From Thalia democratica (lineage: Eukaryota): a stretch of DNA of 64,000 bases. Each line of letters opens with the position of its first letter. The first letter of the stretch is position 1. The position numbers and the translations under genes were made by a program. The stretch lies in NCBI GenBank assembly GCA_965202585.1, contig OZ241828.1, forward strand, positions 33,604,001-33,668,000, read 5' to 3'. This document shows positions 26,400 to 39,986 of the stretch, piece by piece. The notes beneath the pieces are model-generated. The model was given only the letters and a program-made list of their open reading frames with translations, did no database searches and was not told the origin of the DNA.

Positions 26400-28200
26400 T
26401 GTTTGTGTAATATCTAGACAATCGTCCATGTATCTTATGTAAATAAACTTGAATAGTGACTCAACAACCAATTTTGGTTCTAGGTATCCAAAAAAGATTT
26501 TAGCGAGAGTAAGAAACGAGGAGAATTAATAACCACTCCGTCTATTCGACTATAAATCTTGTTATTAAAGCTAAACTGAACCTTGTAGCTATTTTTATTA
26601 AGTTTATGAAACTTGTTTTCTTCGTAGTTAGTTTTATTAAACTATATTACATTAAACCTAAAATTTGTATAACCCCATCTAATGGGACGTTTCTAAAGAT
26701 TATTTTTACATTTTAGTAAATTTTAAGGAATCTCCATACTTGCAAATAAATTTTAATTATGTAAGCAGAAAGAGTTTGACTATAAGATTTCTTTCTTTGT
26801 TCAAAAAACCTTTAGTTAATTTATTTACTTAATAGTGTCTGAATTTGTTTTGAACATTTGTTTTGTTTTTTAAAAAGTTAATTTTGTATTAATTACCATC
26901 ATCTATTCTTATACAAAAATTTAAAAATATACTTTTGTGTGTTTCGTCTTTTTCATAAAACTTCCATATGTAGTTGGCTAGTTTTGTGCAATTGGTGGAC
27001 CTCCTTTTGTCCTCCTAATTTATAAATCAAATCTATAGATAGTTATTAACAGTTCTTAGAATATCTTTAGTAACTTTTAATTAAATTTAAGGCTTAAAAT
27101 AGTTTTAGTAAATTTTAACTGGTTTTAGAAGTAGGTTTTTAATTTTAATTAATTAACAACTTGTTACAATTATGAATTAAGGTGACCAAAAATTAAGATT
27201 TACTAGATAAAACACGTTTGAAAACGACATATAGCTAGTTAATTTAAAGGTTTATTCATACTATTTAGATTATCAGACCAAACAACTTCGGTTAACTAAA
27301 ATTTGGGTTTCGAGACTTGGGTTTCGAGTTTGTCTTTAAACATACGTAAATCCAGGTTTAGGCATTGTTAGACTTTTTACAATGTTATCTATTATAACTT
27401 ATTTAAAACCAACATACGTTTAGATATTTAGTATACGTAAGTTTAGATATTTAGTTTAAAAATACTTAAAAAACATAAACAGAAAAATAAGTAACTTAAT
27501 ACCACAAGAACCAACAACTGCTGCATGATTAACTTTGAAAATTTGTTTAAAAAGGAAAGCAAAAAGACTTTGTATTGGATGTAAAAAAAAAAAAACAATC
27601 TTTAATTGCCAAAATAAACATTAATGCTATTTAAAATTGTATAGCTTTATAAAAACACTTAATTTATTAAGTAAAAATAAAAAAAAGTAGCAAAACTAAA
27701 ACCGGAGAAAACTTTTGAAGAAATTAAAATATAAAAGCTATGTTCAAAGATCGGAGTAAAAGTACTTGTTGCTTATACTACAGAAAGAGTAGAGAAAAAT
27801 TTCTCCGGAGCAAAGGACTAAGTAAGTCGAGTGTATCAAAGTTGCATAGTTTACAAATTTACGTGTCCATATGATCTGAACAACCAATATATTGGTAAAA
27901 CTTAAAGACAAACTTTCCTTATATTTAAAGAGTATGTGACTCTAACTAATACTGCGGTATTTAAACATAAAAAAAATTGAGCATTTTGTACAAGGTGTAA
28001 CAATATTTACAATTGTTTTGATATTATTAAAACGTGCAGTTTTTTATATTGATTTGTTTTCTACTAAATGTTTATTAATTAAAAAACTTAAACTAAATTT
28101 AAATAATATGCTAAATTTTGATTAAGGGTCAAGAGTAACTGATAATAAATTTAAATAATCCATTTTTTTTTTAATTGGTTTTTTGTTAAAAAAATCTATT
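26400..28200 (+). mobile_element. Heavily decayed Penelope-like relic of a different subfamily
   Basis: CAIGGP-like RT motif near 26985 and GIY-YIG motif IVYKFTCPYDLNNQYIGKT near 27845-27905. Boundaries approximate. Confidence 0.6.
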
Positions 28201-28966
28201 TTTGTTAATTACTTGTCGTTTTAATTAAATGTGTTTTTTACAAATGACTTAGTTTCACTCTATTTATATTAATTTTAGTTGTATTGTAAGTGTTTATTAT
28301 TTTTGACTAGGGACTTTTTTAATTTCAAAACTGCTTAAGTTTCTAATAAAAGTTATAACTGAAAAAGTCTTGTGTCTTGCGATAAAAAGGTATTTAAATA
28401 ATTTAAAGGTCTATTTTTATCTCAAAAAATAAGCTTTCGTTCTTAATAGAAACATAAGTTTTAACTTCGAAAACTAATTGTTCCGGTCGCTTGAAAAAGT
28501 ACAGACTGTTCTTTGCTGGCCTGGACGTGACATTAAACTGTATTCTGGTGTATTACTCGATAACCGAAAGGTTTTTTCGTACACGAGGTCTTTGGACCAA
28601 CTTTTAAACGCTTTTTTTTCGATAAACAAAATATATACAATATTTGTTTATTTCGTAGTAGATTAAACTTCAAAGGCTTGAACTTAATTTGATGACGCGT
28701 TGATCATTTGATCTATATATGAAAACCGTAACTTGACACACAGCAGACAGCTAACAGAGTACTGGTAAACTAGTTCGTATTTGAAAAACAAACGCTGATA
28801 TATACACATTGGAAAGAATTCAATTACTTCAAATAAAGTAAGTTGTTTTTGAAATTGAGATAATTGTTATGAGAAAACTCAGAGTATGTTTTTATTTTTA
28901 CAGCTAATTATAGTACTTAAATAAATTATTTCTTAAAACTATAAAAAAATGCAAACCCTTGGCACA

Positions 28967-29602
28967 GGTAGCTGTCAGTTTTGCACGAGCGTACAAAATT
29001 TCCCGAGGGAACAAACTTGCACTAAGCACAAAGATACTTTTGCACGAAGACAGTTTTACATGTAGACATTTTGGCAAGAGTTGAAATTTTTTTAAACTCT
29101 TTTATTAATTTATTGATTTTTTTTTTGTTTTTTTTATTATCATTGTAACTCCTTATCCTTAACCTCAGTCGGTAACTTATTTTCTAAACTAATTATTATC
29201 ATTTTTTTTTAGTATTTATTTTAAATTTTTTTCTTTCTATAATCGTTTTCAATAATTATATTTAACTTTTTAGTTTTTGCTGTCACTGTTACCCCTAATC
29301 CTAACCTTGGTCAGTAACTATTTTTTGTTCTTTAAAAATTATTTTTATATATGTTTGTTTTTTTTCTTTACTCTCGTGTAAAAATGACCCTCCGTGCAAA
29401 ATTGTAACTCGTGCAACACTGACCCTTGGTGTAAAGTTGTCTTCGTTCAATTTCGTTTCATCGTGCAATTTTGTCCCCTCGTGTAAATTTGTTTTTAGGC
29501 GAAACTACGTTCGTGCAATTTTGTGCCCTCGTAAAATTTTTTCTTCGTGCAATTTTGTGCCCTCGTGAAATTTTGTCTTCGTGCAATTTTGACCGTTCAC
29601 CC
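28967..29602. mobile_element. Foldback-type MITE with GG(G)T ends and 8-bp TSD
   Basis: ttggcaca at 28959-28966 and 29603-29610. Left end GGTAGCTGTCAGTTTTGCACGA; right end reverse complement GGGTGAACGGTCAAAATTGCACGA. Subterminal 17-18 bp tandem units. Confidence 0.88.
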
Positions 29603-31081
29603 TTGGCACACCAGTGTTCTTAGATATGGTAGTAGTTTATATTAAACAATTAATAAATGTTTAAAAACTAAAATAAAATGATTTATTTAAATCGTTTTAA
29701 AACGTTTTATAAGGTTAACGAGTACTGAAAAAAATTTGCAGTATCCATACTTTTAATGTCTAGCTATTAAATTTCAAGTCTTTTTAAATATATCTACTTT
29801 ACTATTCTATAATATTTTGCATTAAAACGTTTCAGAGTTGTTAAAACAAAGTAAAACCATAACATAATAGTTATTTCTTTAGAAAAAAAAAGCTACAAAT
29901 TTTTAGTCACAAGACCTGGTGAACGATGAACATTTCGTCTATCAAGTCACTTGGATACATTTTAACGTCTTGTCTAGGACTTTGTTGATAGCAGCATTAC
30001 TTTAATTATATAATTAATGAATATTTTATAAGGAAACAATATAGTAAGTTAGTTTATTATTTTTAACTCAATAAACTTGTAATTAATTAATACAAATTCA
30101 TTTATAAAAGAAAAACAACTATATTCAACGTGGAATTAAAAAGTTTTTTGTGCAGTCTGTTAATGATTTATATACTATTTTAGTCAGCTTGATAATTTGA
30201 AATACTTTTTATCGATTTTACTATGTACATGTATACTTTTGATTGGCACAAGAAATCTAACATGGTTTAATAAGATGTGAATAATACTAAATATCTAGCA
30301 AAAACAAGAATTATTTTTTTGTTCTTTTATAAAACATAAAAATAATTTTGATCAAAGAAAATACTTCAGTTAAAACTTTAATTGATAATAAGTTTAACAT
30401 ATGTTATTAATATCATAAGTAAATGTTTATAAAAAAAAAATATAAATTGCTAGATAATATAAAACATATCTATAACAATTGAAAGCACCCTACAAAACAA
30501 TCGAAAATATTACAAAAACAATTAAAGAGCTAAATAGAGTATTACTCAAAACCACTATCATGGTTAAGCGTAACAAATTAATCAATGTAAAAAAATAAAA
30601 GAAGTAGAAGCTTGAAGGTATGACCGCACCTTAGTTTCTTAATGTCTAAAAAATTAATTTTATTAAATTGATTCAATTTCTCCTATTTTCTGATCAAGAT
30701 AGTTTTCAACCTGTAAATATTTATATAAAACATTAATATAATATTTAATTTATATTCATATGTAAAAAAATAACTGAAAACAGGTGCAATTTTAAAAATA
30801 ACTTTGTTAACATTTATTAATAACAGGTTACCAATATTTGAGGTAAAAAAGAATTAATAAACTATTCTTACAAAATCTATGACTTGAAACTATAAACATA
30901 AACTGTTATGGTCAAAAGTGTAGAAACTATTGCGAACGAGTGGCTATACGTTTTCAATTTTTTACTACTGTGATAATAAAATAAGTGTAATATTAAAGTT
31001 AGTAAAAATCATACTAAAGTATACTTATTCAAAAAGATTTTGTTTAATTTTAAAAATAAAACCTCAAAAACATCAACTGAC

Positions 31082-33742
31082 CTCATTGCAATTAACTCCA
31101 CGACTGTTAGCTGATGTTTGCTTTTCATTAAATCTGCTGCACATCTACAGTATTTTCTGTTTGTAGCTCGAGTCACTTACGCTGACGTCATTGCACATTT
31201 CTCCTTTGCATCAGTGAAACTCCCAAACTCCATAAGAGTTGACCATAACAGCTGAGTCGGTGGGACATATCAACCGTTTTTCACAAAAGTGAACCATGAA
31301 CATTCCTTCACCCTAAATTAAAAAAAATATGTGACGTGTTAATTTCAACAATGTTTATCATTTAAAACTAAATATTTATTCTTAAGTCGATTCTTAAACA
31401 ACAAAACTAACCTACACTACCTATAGTTAAAACTAAAACTTTATAGATTAAACAATCACCAAACGGTTTTTTATTTGAAGGCATTTGTCAGTTTTTTTAA
31501 ATGAAATTTGTTGTAAACACATTTTAATAATTTGAGCTATACGCATGACCATCTACATTTTAGTAACCGAATCATTTAAAAAGGCTTTAAGGTTTCTCAA
31601 ATTTACAATGCCTAACATTATTTAAATTTTTTCAAAACTACAGTAATATTTTCATACATTACCAACAATAAAGTTTAATTTTCTACTTAAACTGATTAAA
31701 TTTTGAATTTATCCAACATTAAAAAACATTAATTACAATTATAACTACGATGAAGGTTCTTATGAAGCTTTTAACACGCTGACAAAAAAAACTAATAAAC
31801 ACAGTAAAAAATAATTTGAACGCTTCATTATGAAAACTAATGTTAGCAATAACTAAATCTTAAAACATATGGTGTTTTTTACTAATTTTTTAGTATATTT
31901 TCAACAATGTTTCTAAATTCAGAACTTATAAATAAGTTCAACTTACTTTTTCTATGTATTGATTCAGGCATTGACATTAAGACTCGCAAGTCCAATCCGA
32001 ACTGCATTTGGTTTCTTCCCAAAAGTTTCTAACTGTCACTGTGCAGTCCAATAACATCTTACCGCATTTGCACGTCGTTGCCTGTTTATATTTGAATTGG
32101 AATTCTACAGGAGCTTTTGTTGGAACTATAAAAGGGCGAATTAATCATTAGCTAACGACAGAAATATGATATAAATTATTAAAACATATACAGCAATATA
32201 AAAAACTATCTTTAAAGTAAAAAATTCAGCTCTATTTTTATTTAGTTTTCAAAAGTTTACCAATATAAATAACAACAAACTAATGTTTGTTATAAAAAAG
32301 TATATATTCATAAACTTTTGAAAATTCTATAAATATAAATTTAGAAATGGTCAAAATACGAAAAAAAAATAGTGCTTTAAATTTAGCAAGAATAAAACAA
32401 GTTTTCAAACTCACTAACGTCATATTAATCGGCTCGTGATAAACATCAAAAACATCGTCATAAAACAATATTATGCTATTCTTGAGTAAGCTTCTTTGAC
32501 TTTTTCTTTGAAACTGTCGTCAGAAACGGAAATGTTATTGCACGTTTCTCCTTCACAGCAGCGAGAAACTCTCGAATGACCTTCACGTTATTTATTGTCG
32601 GATTCACATATATTTCCGTAATCATAAGTGTCCGATTTCTGATCGTATCCGCATTGGAACTTCATAACAAATGGAATATCCTAGGTTAAGTGCAAGTTAT
32701 GAACAATAAAAATATATGTTATAGATATTTTAAAAAGATTACGTGATGTAAAGTAAGCAATAACAACAATAGCATTAAAGTTAAAACCACGTTGCTAATT
32801 GAAACTAAAGAAATTTTCACTTAGTAAATTAAGTGGCACTAAATAAAGTACGCATAACTCCATATTTAAATGAATGTATTGGTGTGAACACATTGAATTA
32901 TTAGTATATACTTTAATATATAAACAAAACTAACTTCGTAAATATATCTAGACAAATATCGTCCGTTAATTTTAGATTAGCATGTGAAAATTTTACTGCA
33001 TAGCCGTAATAATTGCCTACATTAGTCATTATACCGTTCATCAACAATTTACCACATTTGCAAGTTACTGTTTCCTGTTGCATTACAGTTGTGGTGATCG
33101 TTTTAGCAGTTGTTAGTTCGGCAGTAACTGGTTTGGTAGTTTCCGTTGTAGAAACAACGGGCTCACTTTCAGCGATTTGAAATTCGATTGAATAGGCATC
33201 TAACATCGTTTGATTAGATAGTTTTTAACCTGAAATAAACTTAAAATAAATAATATGTTAATAAAGTTAACCAAAATACCTATAACAGCTATAAAAGCTA
33301 AAGAAAACCTTATAGAAATTCATAGTAAAATAAGAAACTTATAGAAAGCATAAATTGAAATAGCTAAACAATACAATTTACATCACGATAACAGCTTTTT
33401 GTGATTTTTTCTTATACAAATATTGTTTTTGAAATCTTTATAATTAATATTACGAACAAAAGCGGCATGTTTTATAAAACACTTACTTACTTTTAAACAA
33501 GCAGTTCCACGCCCGTCTAATTTTACTTGCTGTTTATTTATGTTTTGACACGTATTTAACACAATTTTCTTGTAGTTCACGTCCGTAACGTTGACGTCAC
33601 TACAAATTTCTCCCTTGCAGCAATGACGCTCTTCAGCTTTCGAAGAATCAACCGAGAGATTAACACCTGAGTCTTTGGAGGGATAATTCATCCAAGAATA
33701 TTGTGGATCTTCACAATAGAATTTGATGTACATTCCGAACCC
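31082..33742 (-). pseudogene. Cysteine-rich repeated-module protein pseudogene (exons 33491-33742, 32935-33229, 32415-32680, 31947-32151, 31082-31312)
   Basis: GT-AG bounded exons. Three homologous exons carry F.C...CC.GE.C..V.V.D..(Y/F)K and two carry TCKCGK, one with a Thr-rich stalk. Stops at 31211-31213 (TGA for a conserved Cys), at 31145-31147, and in the 32415-32680 exon. Confidence 0.7.
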
Positions 33743-34602
33743 CTAAATCAAAATCAAGTTTAAAATTTATAAATCTAATTGCAAAGAATGTACTAACTGA
33801 ATGTATCAGTAAAAATAAATTACAACAAACTGAACTAAATGTAATCAATAAAAGAATTATTATTCTTAGTGTAATAACATATGTAGTGAAATAAATACAA
33901 CTTTTTCCGAATTTATTTTACTCATTAGGTTTAACTTAATAATTATTAAATATGTAATAAACCTAATGTATATATTTTTTTTGATTAAATGAGTTCATTG
34001 AAAAAGTGATATTAATATGATAACTAGAAAACAAAAGTTTTAAAGCAGCTAAGATATCAAAAGAATAACTGCGAATATAAACACAACAAGTAAACCGTAT
34101 TTCTCACTACACCTATGAGTTTTACTTACTGAGTTATATATCTTTAACAATTATAAGTATCTTTAACTACAACTATTGACTATTAAAGCTTAGCTTAAAT
34201 TTAATGTTTCTGTTTTCAGAGATTGTAAAATAACGTAAAAAAGTATAAATCCACAAAAACTAATGTTTGTTTATTATTACATTTTTGTTCAACAGTCTTA
34301 GCTATTTTGCGTTAAAAATTATTTTGACAATTCAGGCAACAACTAGCTAGTTTAAAAAAAAATATTTTTTACAGCTCGCAGAAGTTTTTACAATTCAGAC
34401 TTCATTTAAGCTAAAACAAAAATTATTTTACAGTACATAAACTATTGATCAAAACTAGTTATTATTCTTACAACTGAAATAAAGTACAGCTTGGTAAAAG
34501 TTATTTGTATTGGATGATTGAAAAGTTACGGGCATTAGAGTAAGTTAAAGATAGTACAAAAAAATTTACCAAGTATAAGTATTTCTTAGTTTCACAATTT
34601 AC

Positions 34603-34736
34603 ATAGTTTACAGCTTGATAACGAGTTCTCTTCTATTGGACGAGTTGAAATTTACTGGCATCGGTGTTAGTTCAAGTTCTGCATCACTGATTTCACGCTT
34701 GTGACGTTGTAGCATTGTGGGAACGTTGAATATCGC
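34603..34736 (-). pseudogene. SEL1L3: SEL1L3-like exon AIFNVPTML...LVIKL*T
   Basis: AG/GT bounded, phase 0 to 2. TAA at 34608-34610 where Tyr is expected. Confidence 0.75.
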
Positions 34737-35121
34737 CTAGTAAATTTAATTGCTTTAACTTAAATATAAAAATAAATTGTCTACTTTTTTCTTAAAGTTA
34801 CTCAAATTTTACTATCTGTTTTGTGGTTTTTAATGAATTTGTAAGGTTAGCATTAGTATCGTTGAATATCGTATTAATTGTAGTAGTAAATATTAATTAT
34901 GTACTATATAAACTGCGTTTTTTGTCTTAGTTATGTTTTTTTTTTACTTCTAATATCCATTAGATTATAAAATACTTACATTAATAATAATTAAATGCTA
35001 TTAAGTACTTTTTAAAATCTGTAAAAATTTTTGTATAACCAAAGTAAGTTATGATTCTAGGCCCAGTGACCGTACTAGAGAAAAATTTGCTTTTTTGATT
35101 AAAAGTATCACTATTACTGAC

Positions 35122-35231
35122 ATGATTATGGTTCCAAGCTGCAACCCTGCCGTAAAAGTTCAGTGCCAAGCTCAAGTTAAGGGTTTTCGCGTTTTCAGCG
35201 TAATAATGGTAATCTCCCATTTTGTTCAGTG
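35122..35231 (-). pseudogene. SEL1L3: SEL1L3-like exon ALNKMGDYHYY...AAWNHNH
   Basis: AG/GT bounded, phase 1 to 0. Matches AYLKMGDLYYYG. Confidence 0.85.
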
Positions 35232-35660
35232 CTGTGAATAATTACATAACATTTTATTTGTTTATTATCAGTAACTGCTTCTTGTTACAAAAAGTATTTA
35301 GATTTGAAATAATACTTTTGATAGCCTTAGTAGTGGGATAAAAGTGTTTAACGATTTACAAACAGTTCCACAGTTTACTACTGTTGAAGAATCAGCAATA
35401 TCAGTTAATCAAAAGAAATGCTTTCTTTACATTTATGAAGGTAAACAGTTCTAGTGTTTAATTATGAATAGCTTTTCAATAAAACTTATTCGTTAAAGTA
35501 AGTTCTCAAATACAGTCATAAACTATTAGTTTTGATTTTGATTGATAACAATTAAAAAAAGTGAACATATCCAAATATTAAAAAAACTAACAACAAACGA
35601 ATATTTTTGTCTGAAAAAATTTGAAGATAAGTAAAAATTCTGTATAGTCAAGTAGTTTAC

Positions 35661-35745
35661 CGTAAGGATGTGGTCTGTTATTAGATGCACTTTCATTCCA
35701 GAATCTCTAGATACATTCGTCTTTAAATACACTACCTATTTTTTC
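35661..35745 (-). pseudogene. SEL1L3: SEL1L3-like exon EKIGSVFKDECI*RFWNES
   Basis: TAG at 35707-35709 replaces the Trp of CVWRYYN. Confidence 0.8.
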
Positions 35746-36011
35746 CTGCAAAAATTGATTTTTTGTATATACAAGAAGTTTTTTTTTTATTTTTTGATTC
35801 ATTTTATTGGTTTTCATGGTATTTTGTCAATGATTGCAGATTTAATTTTTTTAGTTAATAAGTAGTGATATTTTTTAAAACTTAATAAGTTTTAGGTAAA
35901 GTTAGCTTCAAATAAATTTAACAAAATTTTTAGTAGCTATACTTATACAAAAAGTTTAGAAATTTTAATAAAATCAAAAACATTTAAAGTTAAAAAGTAA
36001 AAAATACTAAC

Positions 36012-36102
36012 TTTATTTTGTTGACACAAGTAAGCAGTGTTGAACGATGCTACTTCAAATCCAGTTTCTGCAACTGACAAATACAAAAACAATGATTTGG
36101 CC
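36012..36102 (-). pseudogene. SEL1L3: SEL1L3-like exon AKSLFLYLSVAETGFEVASFNTAYLCQQNK
   Basis: AG/GT bounded, phase 2 to 0. Matches [24 protein letters not shown]. Confidence 0.88.
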
Positions 36103-36293
36103 CTGGTAAAAAAATGGTACTATAAATATTATAAGCGTTGTGAGATTTAAAAATGTTTTCACCAATGAGGATATTTTTAAACCATAAACTTACACTAAAC
36201 CAAGTTTGTACAACCTTTCCTTTATTAAATTTTGTAAGAAAATAAGCTAAAGTATATAAAATTACATCATTTTGTAAAAAAATGCAAACAAAC

Positions 36294-36377
36294 CACTGGT
36301 TATTTATGTAGGCTTGCAAAGCTTGTCTTATTATTTCTCCCATCACAGGGTTCTTATCAGATAAGAACTTGGCCCAC
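36294..36377 (-). pseudogene. SEL1L3: SEL1L3-like exon WAKFLSDKNPVMGEIIRQALQAYINNQW
   Basis: AG/GT bounded, phase 2 to 2. Confidence 0.88.
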
Positions 36378-36875
36378 CTGAAATTCAAAAATTAGCAAGC
36401 TTTTACTTAAACACACTATTTTTTATTAAATTTATTCTTAGCAGTACTACTTTTGTAAATACTACCAAAACGTTTATGCTTTAAACTAGATAAAGCTACT
36501 TTATGTATAGTAGTAAAACCAAAAATTAAAAAAAAAACCAGTTATAAGAGATTAAAATAAAACAAGCAATAAAAAAGAGTTATAAGATATTTAATAAGTA
36601 TAACTAAAGTCTGCAAAGTAAATTTTATGCGTTAAATATTTTTTAGTTTTGTTAAAGAGTGAACTCTAATTTTAAAAAAGTATTACGCTAGTCGTTAAGT
36701 AGCCAACAAGCAAAACACAGTCATTTCAAAGTTTAAGACGCCTAAAAATAATTTTTGTAAAATCAGTTTTATTGTAGTTTAAATACTAATCATATAACAG
36801 TTTGTAATAATTTCAACGTTTAGTACACGCTTTATAAGCAAATGATTATTTAAGTATTGACAAAAAATAAACTAC

Positions 36876-37003
36876 TTGGCAGCAATGTTGGGGTTATTAG
36901 GTAGAAATTTCTTGATGCCCACATTGTAAAAGTACGCTACCTGCAAGCAAGATTCGATGTGATATAATGATGCCGATCTGTAGTACTTCAAAAAAGCTTT
37001 TTT
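36876..37003 (-). pseudogene. SEL1L3: SEL1L3-like exon KKAFLKYYRSASLYHIESC...NPNIAA
   Basis: AG/GT bounded, phase 0 to 2. Sel1-repeat pattern. Confidence 0.8.
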
Positions 37004-37245
37004 CTGAAAAAAAAAATTTACTTATAAAGTACTTATAAAGCTTAATCAATTAAAAAGACTAATTGAGTGTCGAAGCTTCGTAGCAAGTAGCGATTGAATT
37101 AAAGTATAATACATTTGTTATATGTAAAGTTTTAATGGTTTAATTTAATTAAATATACTTAATCTTTTTTATCTGTAATATAAAACAGTGTTTTATAAGT
37201 TCCTATTAATTCTCAAGCTTCTATAGCATTTTTCAAGTTTCGAAC

Positions 37246-37384
37246 CAGATTTCTTCCTTCGGGATGCTTTCCAGTATGGAACATGTGTCCGAGATCGTTA
37301 GCAGCATCCGGGGATCTTAGTCTGTCAGATCTTTCAAAATATTCAGTCGCTTTCGTGTAGTTCACTTCTTTTGTTGAGTAAAAC
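37246..37384 (-). pseudogene. SEL1L3: SEL1L3-like exon FYSTKEVNYTKATEYF...PEGRNL
   Basis: Phase 2 to 0. Sel1 repeat; weak GT donor. Confidence 0.85.
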
Positions 37385-37633
37385 CTACAATAAAATTTCG
37401 TCGAAAATGAGATTTTATTAGCAGTCTAAATATAAGTATTACATATTTATAAAGTAAAAAATTTAATTGTTTATTTTATTCCTTAATGTATTACATAATA
37501 GGGAAAAATAAAGTAAAAGAAGTAAATTTAGAACTTTTGGAATTTTTTGGTTGAGCAGAATTTGTAGAGTTTAAACAAGTTCTGCCGAAAATTTTAAGGC
37601 AAATATTTAAGTAATATAAAAACATTTTCTAAC

Positions 37634-37728
37634 CATCCAAGAGTGTTTATTGCTCCGGGGTAATTTAAATCAGCTGCATTTTTTTATATTTCTATTCCCT
37701 TGTCTACATTTTTCTCTGTTCCATGACC
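37634..37728 (-). pseudogene. SEL1L3: SEL1L3-like exon GHGTEKNVDKGIEI*KNAADLNYPGAINTLGW
   Basis: AG/GT bounded. In-frame TAA at 37684-37686. Confidence 0.85.
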
Positions 37729-38090
37729 CTTAGATGTAAAATGATTTGTTTTTTAGACTAATAATAATAAATTGTAAGAAAAATCAAACAATGGTTTGAA
37801 AAATTTACAATTTTTTTGCATGCTAGTTTAGTTCAAAATGCTTTCAGACAAAAGTCCGTCTTCAGTAAACTTATGATTAACTAATAGAACAATTGCTAAA
37901 GTATTAAAAGCAATTATGTATATTAAGTTTACGTTGCTTTAAGTTTTAAAAGTTCAAATTTATTTGTATAAGTTTAAGATTCTCTGAATAAAGTCTGCAA
38001 TTTATTTTTAGTGGTTTGTTAAGACCTGTGTGCCGTTTGCTGTAAAATAGCTACAAATTTTCAAACTGCTTACAATAACAAACCACTTAC

Positions 38091-38228
38091 TTTCACAAGA
38101 ACAACCCCATAGTCGTACATGACTGCTGGGTCTCCTGTTCCTGCTGCTTTCTCGTAATACTTGACCGCTTCTTGCAAATTTCTCTGCAAGCCTTGTTGGC
38201 CCCAGTTCAGCAATCTCACCATGTTTCT
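38091..38228 (-). pseudogene. SEL1L3: SEL1L3-like exon RNMVRLLNWGQQG...YDYGVVLVK
   Basis: Strong peptide match and GTAAGT donor. The in-frame acceptor reads CAA instead of CAG. Confidence 0.9.
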
Positions 38229-39577
38229 TTGTGAGAAAATGTAGAAGTGTTGGTTATAATAAGTGTAATAGTGTTCGACTGAGAGTAAAAGTGAAAGAAA
38301 TGGTTCTCTGTGGGAAAATATAAAGGTTTGGATTGTGAGCAAAAAAGAAAAAAATATATACAGTTTTCTAAATTTTTCTACGCCATATTGTTGTACAAAG
38401 CTTAGTGATGAATTTTGTTCATGTTATTGATGAACTGAAAATATTCAAAAATATTTAAATTTATCATGGCTTTACTGCAAATATATAATATTTTTCAAAA
38501 TAAAATTAACTTCAATATTCTTATTTAACTAAGTTTTATATTAATGAAATATCAATTTACCTTTTTTTTTGTTATTATATGACTATGCAAGTTTTAAATA
38601 AATTTACATAATTTGGGGGATTTATGGCTTAAGTGCTATGAATTTATGTAAAACTTTCATAGGTCATATAACAAAAAAATTGGAAAAACTAATTTTCCTA
38701 GATACTAAACTTAGTTAGATGATAATATTAATCATAAAAACAATTTTATTAATATTGTATTATTTTTGAATTAAAGTCATGATAAATTTGAATATTTTGG
38801 AATGAAATTTTATTTGGGGATATTTTTAAAAAAAATTAAAGGAAAAAATATTTCCATCATAAGAAACTTAGCTTGGTAAGTAAAAACAAATTATTTTATC
38901 TTTAGAGAAAAACTAAAACAAGAAAAAAAATAAAAAAACGTTTAATATTTAAAGTGGCCAACTACTAAATTCAAACCCCAAACCAGTGGTTTTTAAAAAT
39001 TAAAGGCAAAAGAGCGTTCAATAGAATTTAAAAAAATCTAAGTTAGCTTCAAAGATAAAGAAAGTAATTGGATCTAAAGTTTGGACATGCTTTAAATTTG
39101 CAAAAACAGCTATTCGAGCCAAAGTAACCCTCGTATTTTAAAGCCGTTTTTTTAGTTTAGTTTTCTTTTATATATAGTTTTAATTATATAAATACAAATA
39201 TTTCTTTGTACAAAAATAAGACTACTCGAGTTATCTCTTTACTATAAGAGATTAAAATAAACTTAAATAATAAAATATTTCTAAATGTTTAAATTTAATC
39301 TAAACATAAATGAAAGCTCTTTTAAACAGATGTTACTGAAGTTTTAAAATGACTATCAAACTGTATTGCTGTTACATACAAAATAAAAATTATGAATTGG
39401 GTTAGCTTTTATTTTGGTTACTATATTTTATATAAAAATACATGCGGTCAATACCAATAAACTAAATAGTAGCTTATGCACTTAATAAAATATCTTTGTA
39501 TCTTTAATGTTTTTTAATATTTAAAGTGTACACTAAAAGGCTTCCAAACAATTACTAGTTTAAAGAACACAACTTAC

Positions 39578-39693
39578 CTGTGCAGATTGGACATTCTTAT
39601 TAGCTTGCAATTTAATCCATTTAAACAGATCTGCTTCTTGGTCCAGTTGCGCTTTCATCTGTCTTTCATCATCTCACAATGTTTACTGAAGTC
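39578..39693 (-). pseudogene. SEL1L3: SEL1L3-like exon ...DDERQMKAQLDQEADLFKWIKLQANKNVQSAQ
   Basis: GTAAGT donor. The 5' part cannot be joined in frame without a stop or frameshift. Confidence 0.8.
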
Positions 39694-39986
39694 TAAGATA
39701 ATTATGAAAAATAAACTTTATATCAAAAATTTTGTTCTATTGGCAAAAGTTTACTATACTCAAACATTATAACTACAAATACGTTTAAAGAAAAATTGTC
39801 GAGTATTAAACAATTTGTGGTAATATGATTAAGAAATAAAAATAAGCATAAGTCAGTAATTATTAGTTTTGTTAAAAATAGCAAACGTACCATTTTTTTA
39901 TTTGCAAATTTTGCGTTTGCAAATCCATAAGGGTTTTGTGGGAAGAGTTGAGATAGTAATCTGCAAAACAATGAATAATCTAAGTA

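Noticed and set aside
29905-29955. Possible hammerhead remnant on the minus strand
   Set aside because: The core bases and stems are not conserved.
34190-34400. Terminal transmembrane exon of SEL1L3
   Set aside because: Hydrophobic fragments exist (LRLLNKNVII; ISFCGFILFYVIL) but in different frames with stops. No defensible model.
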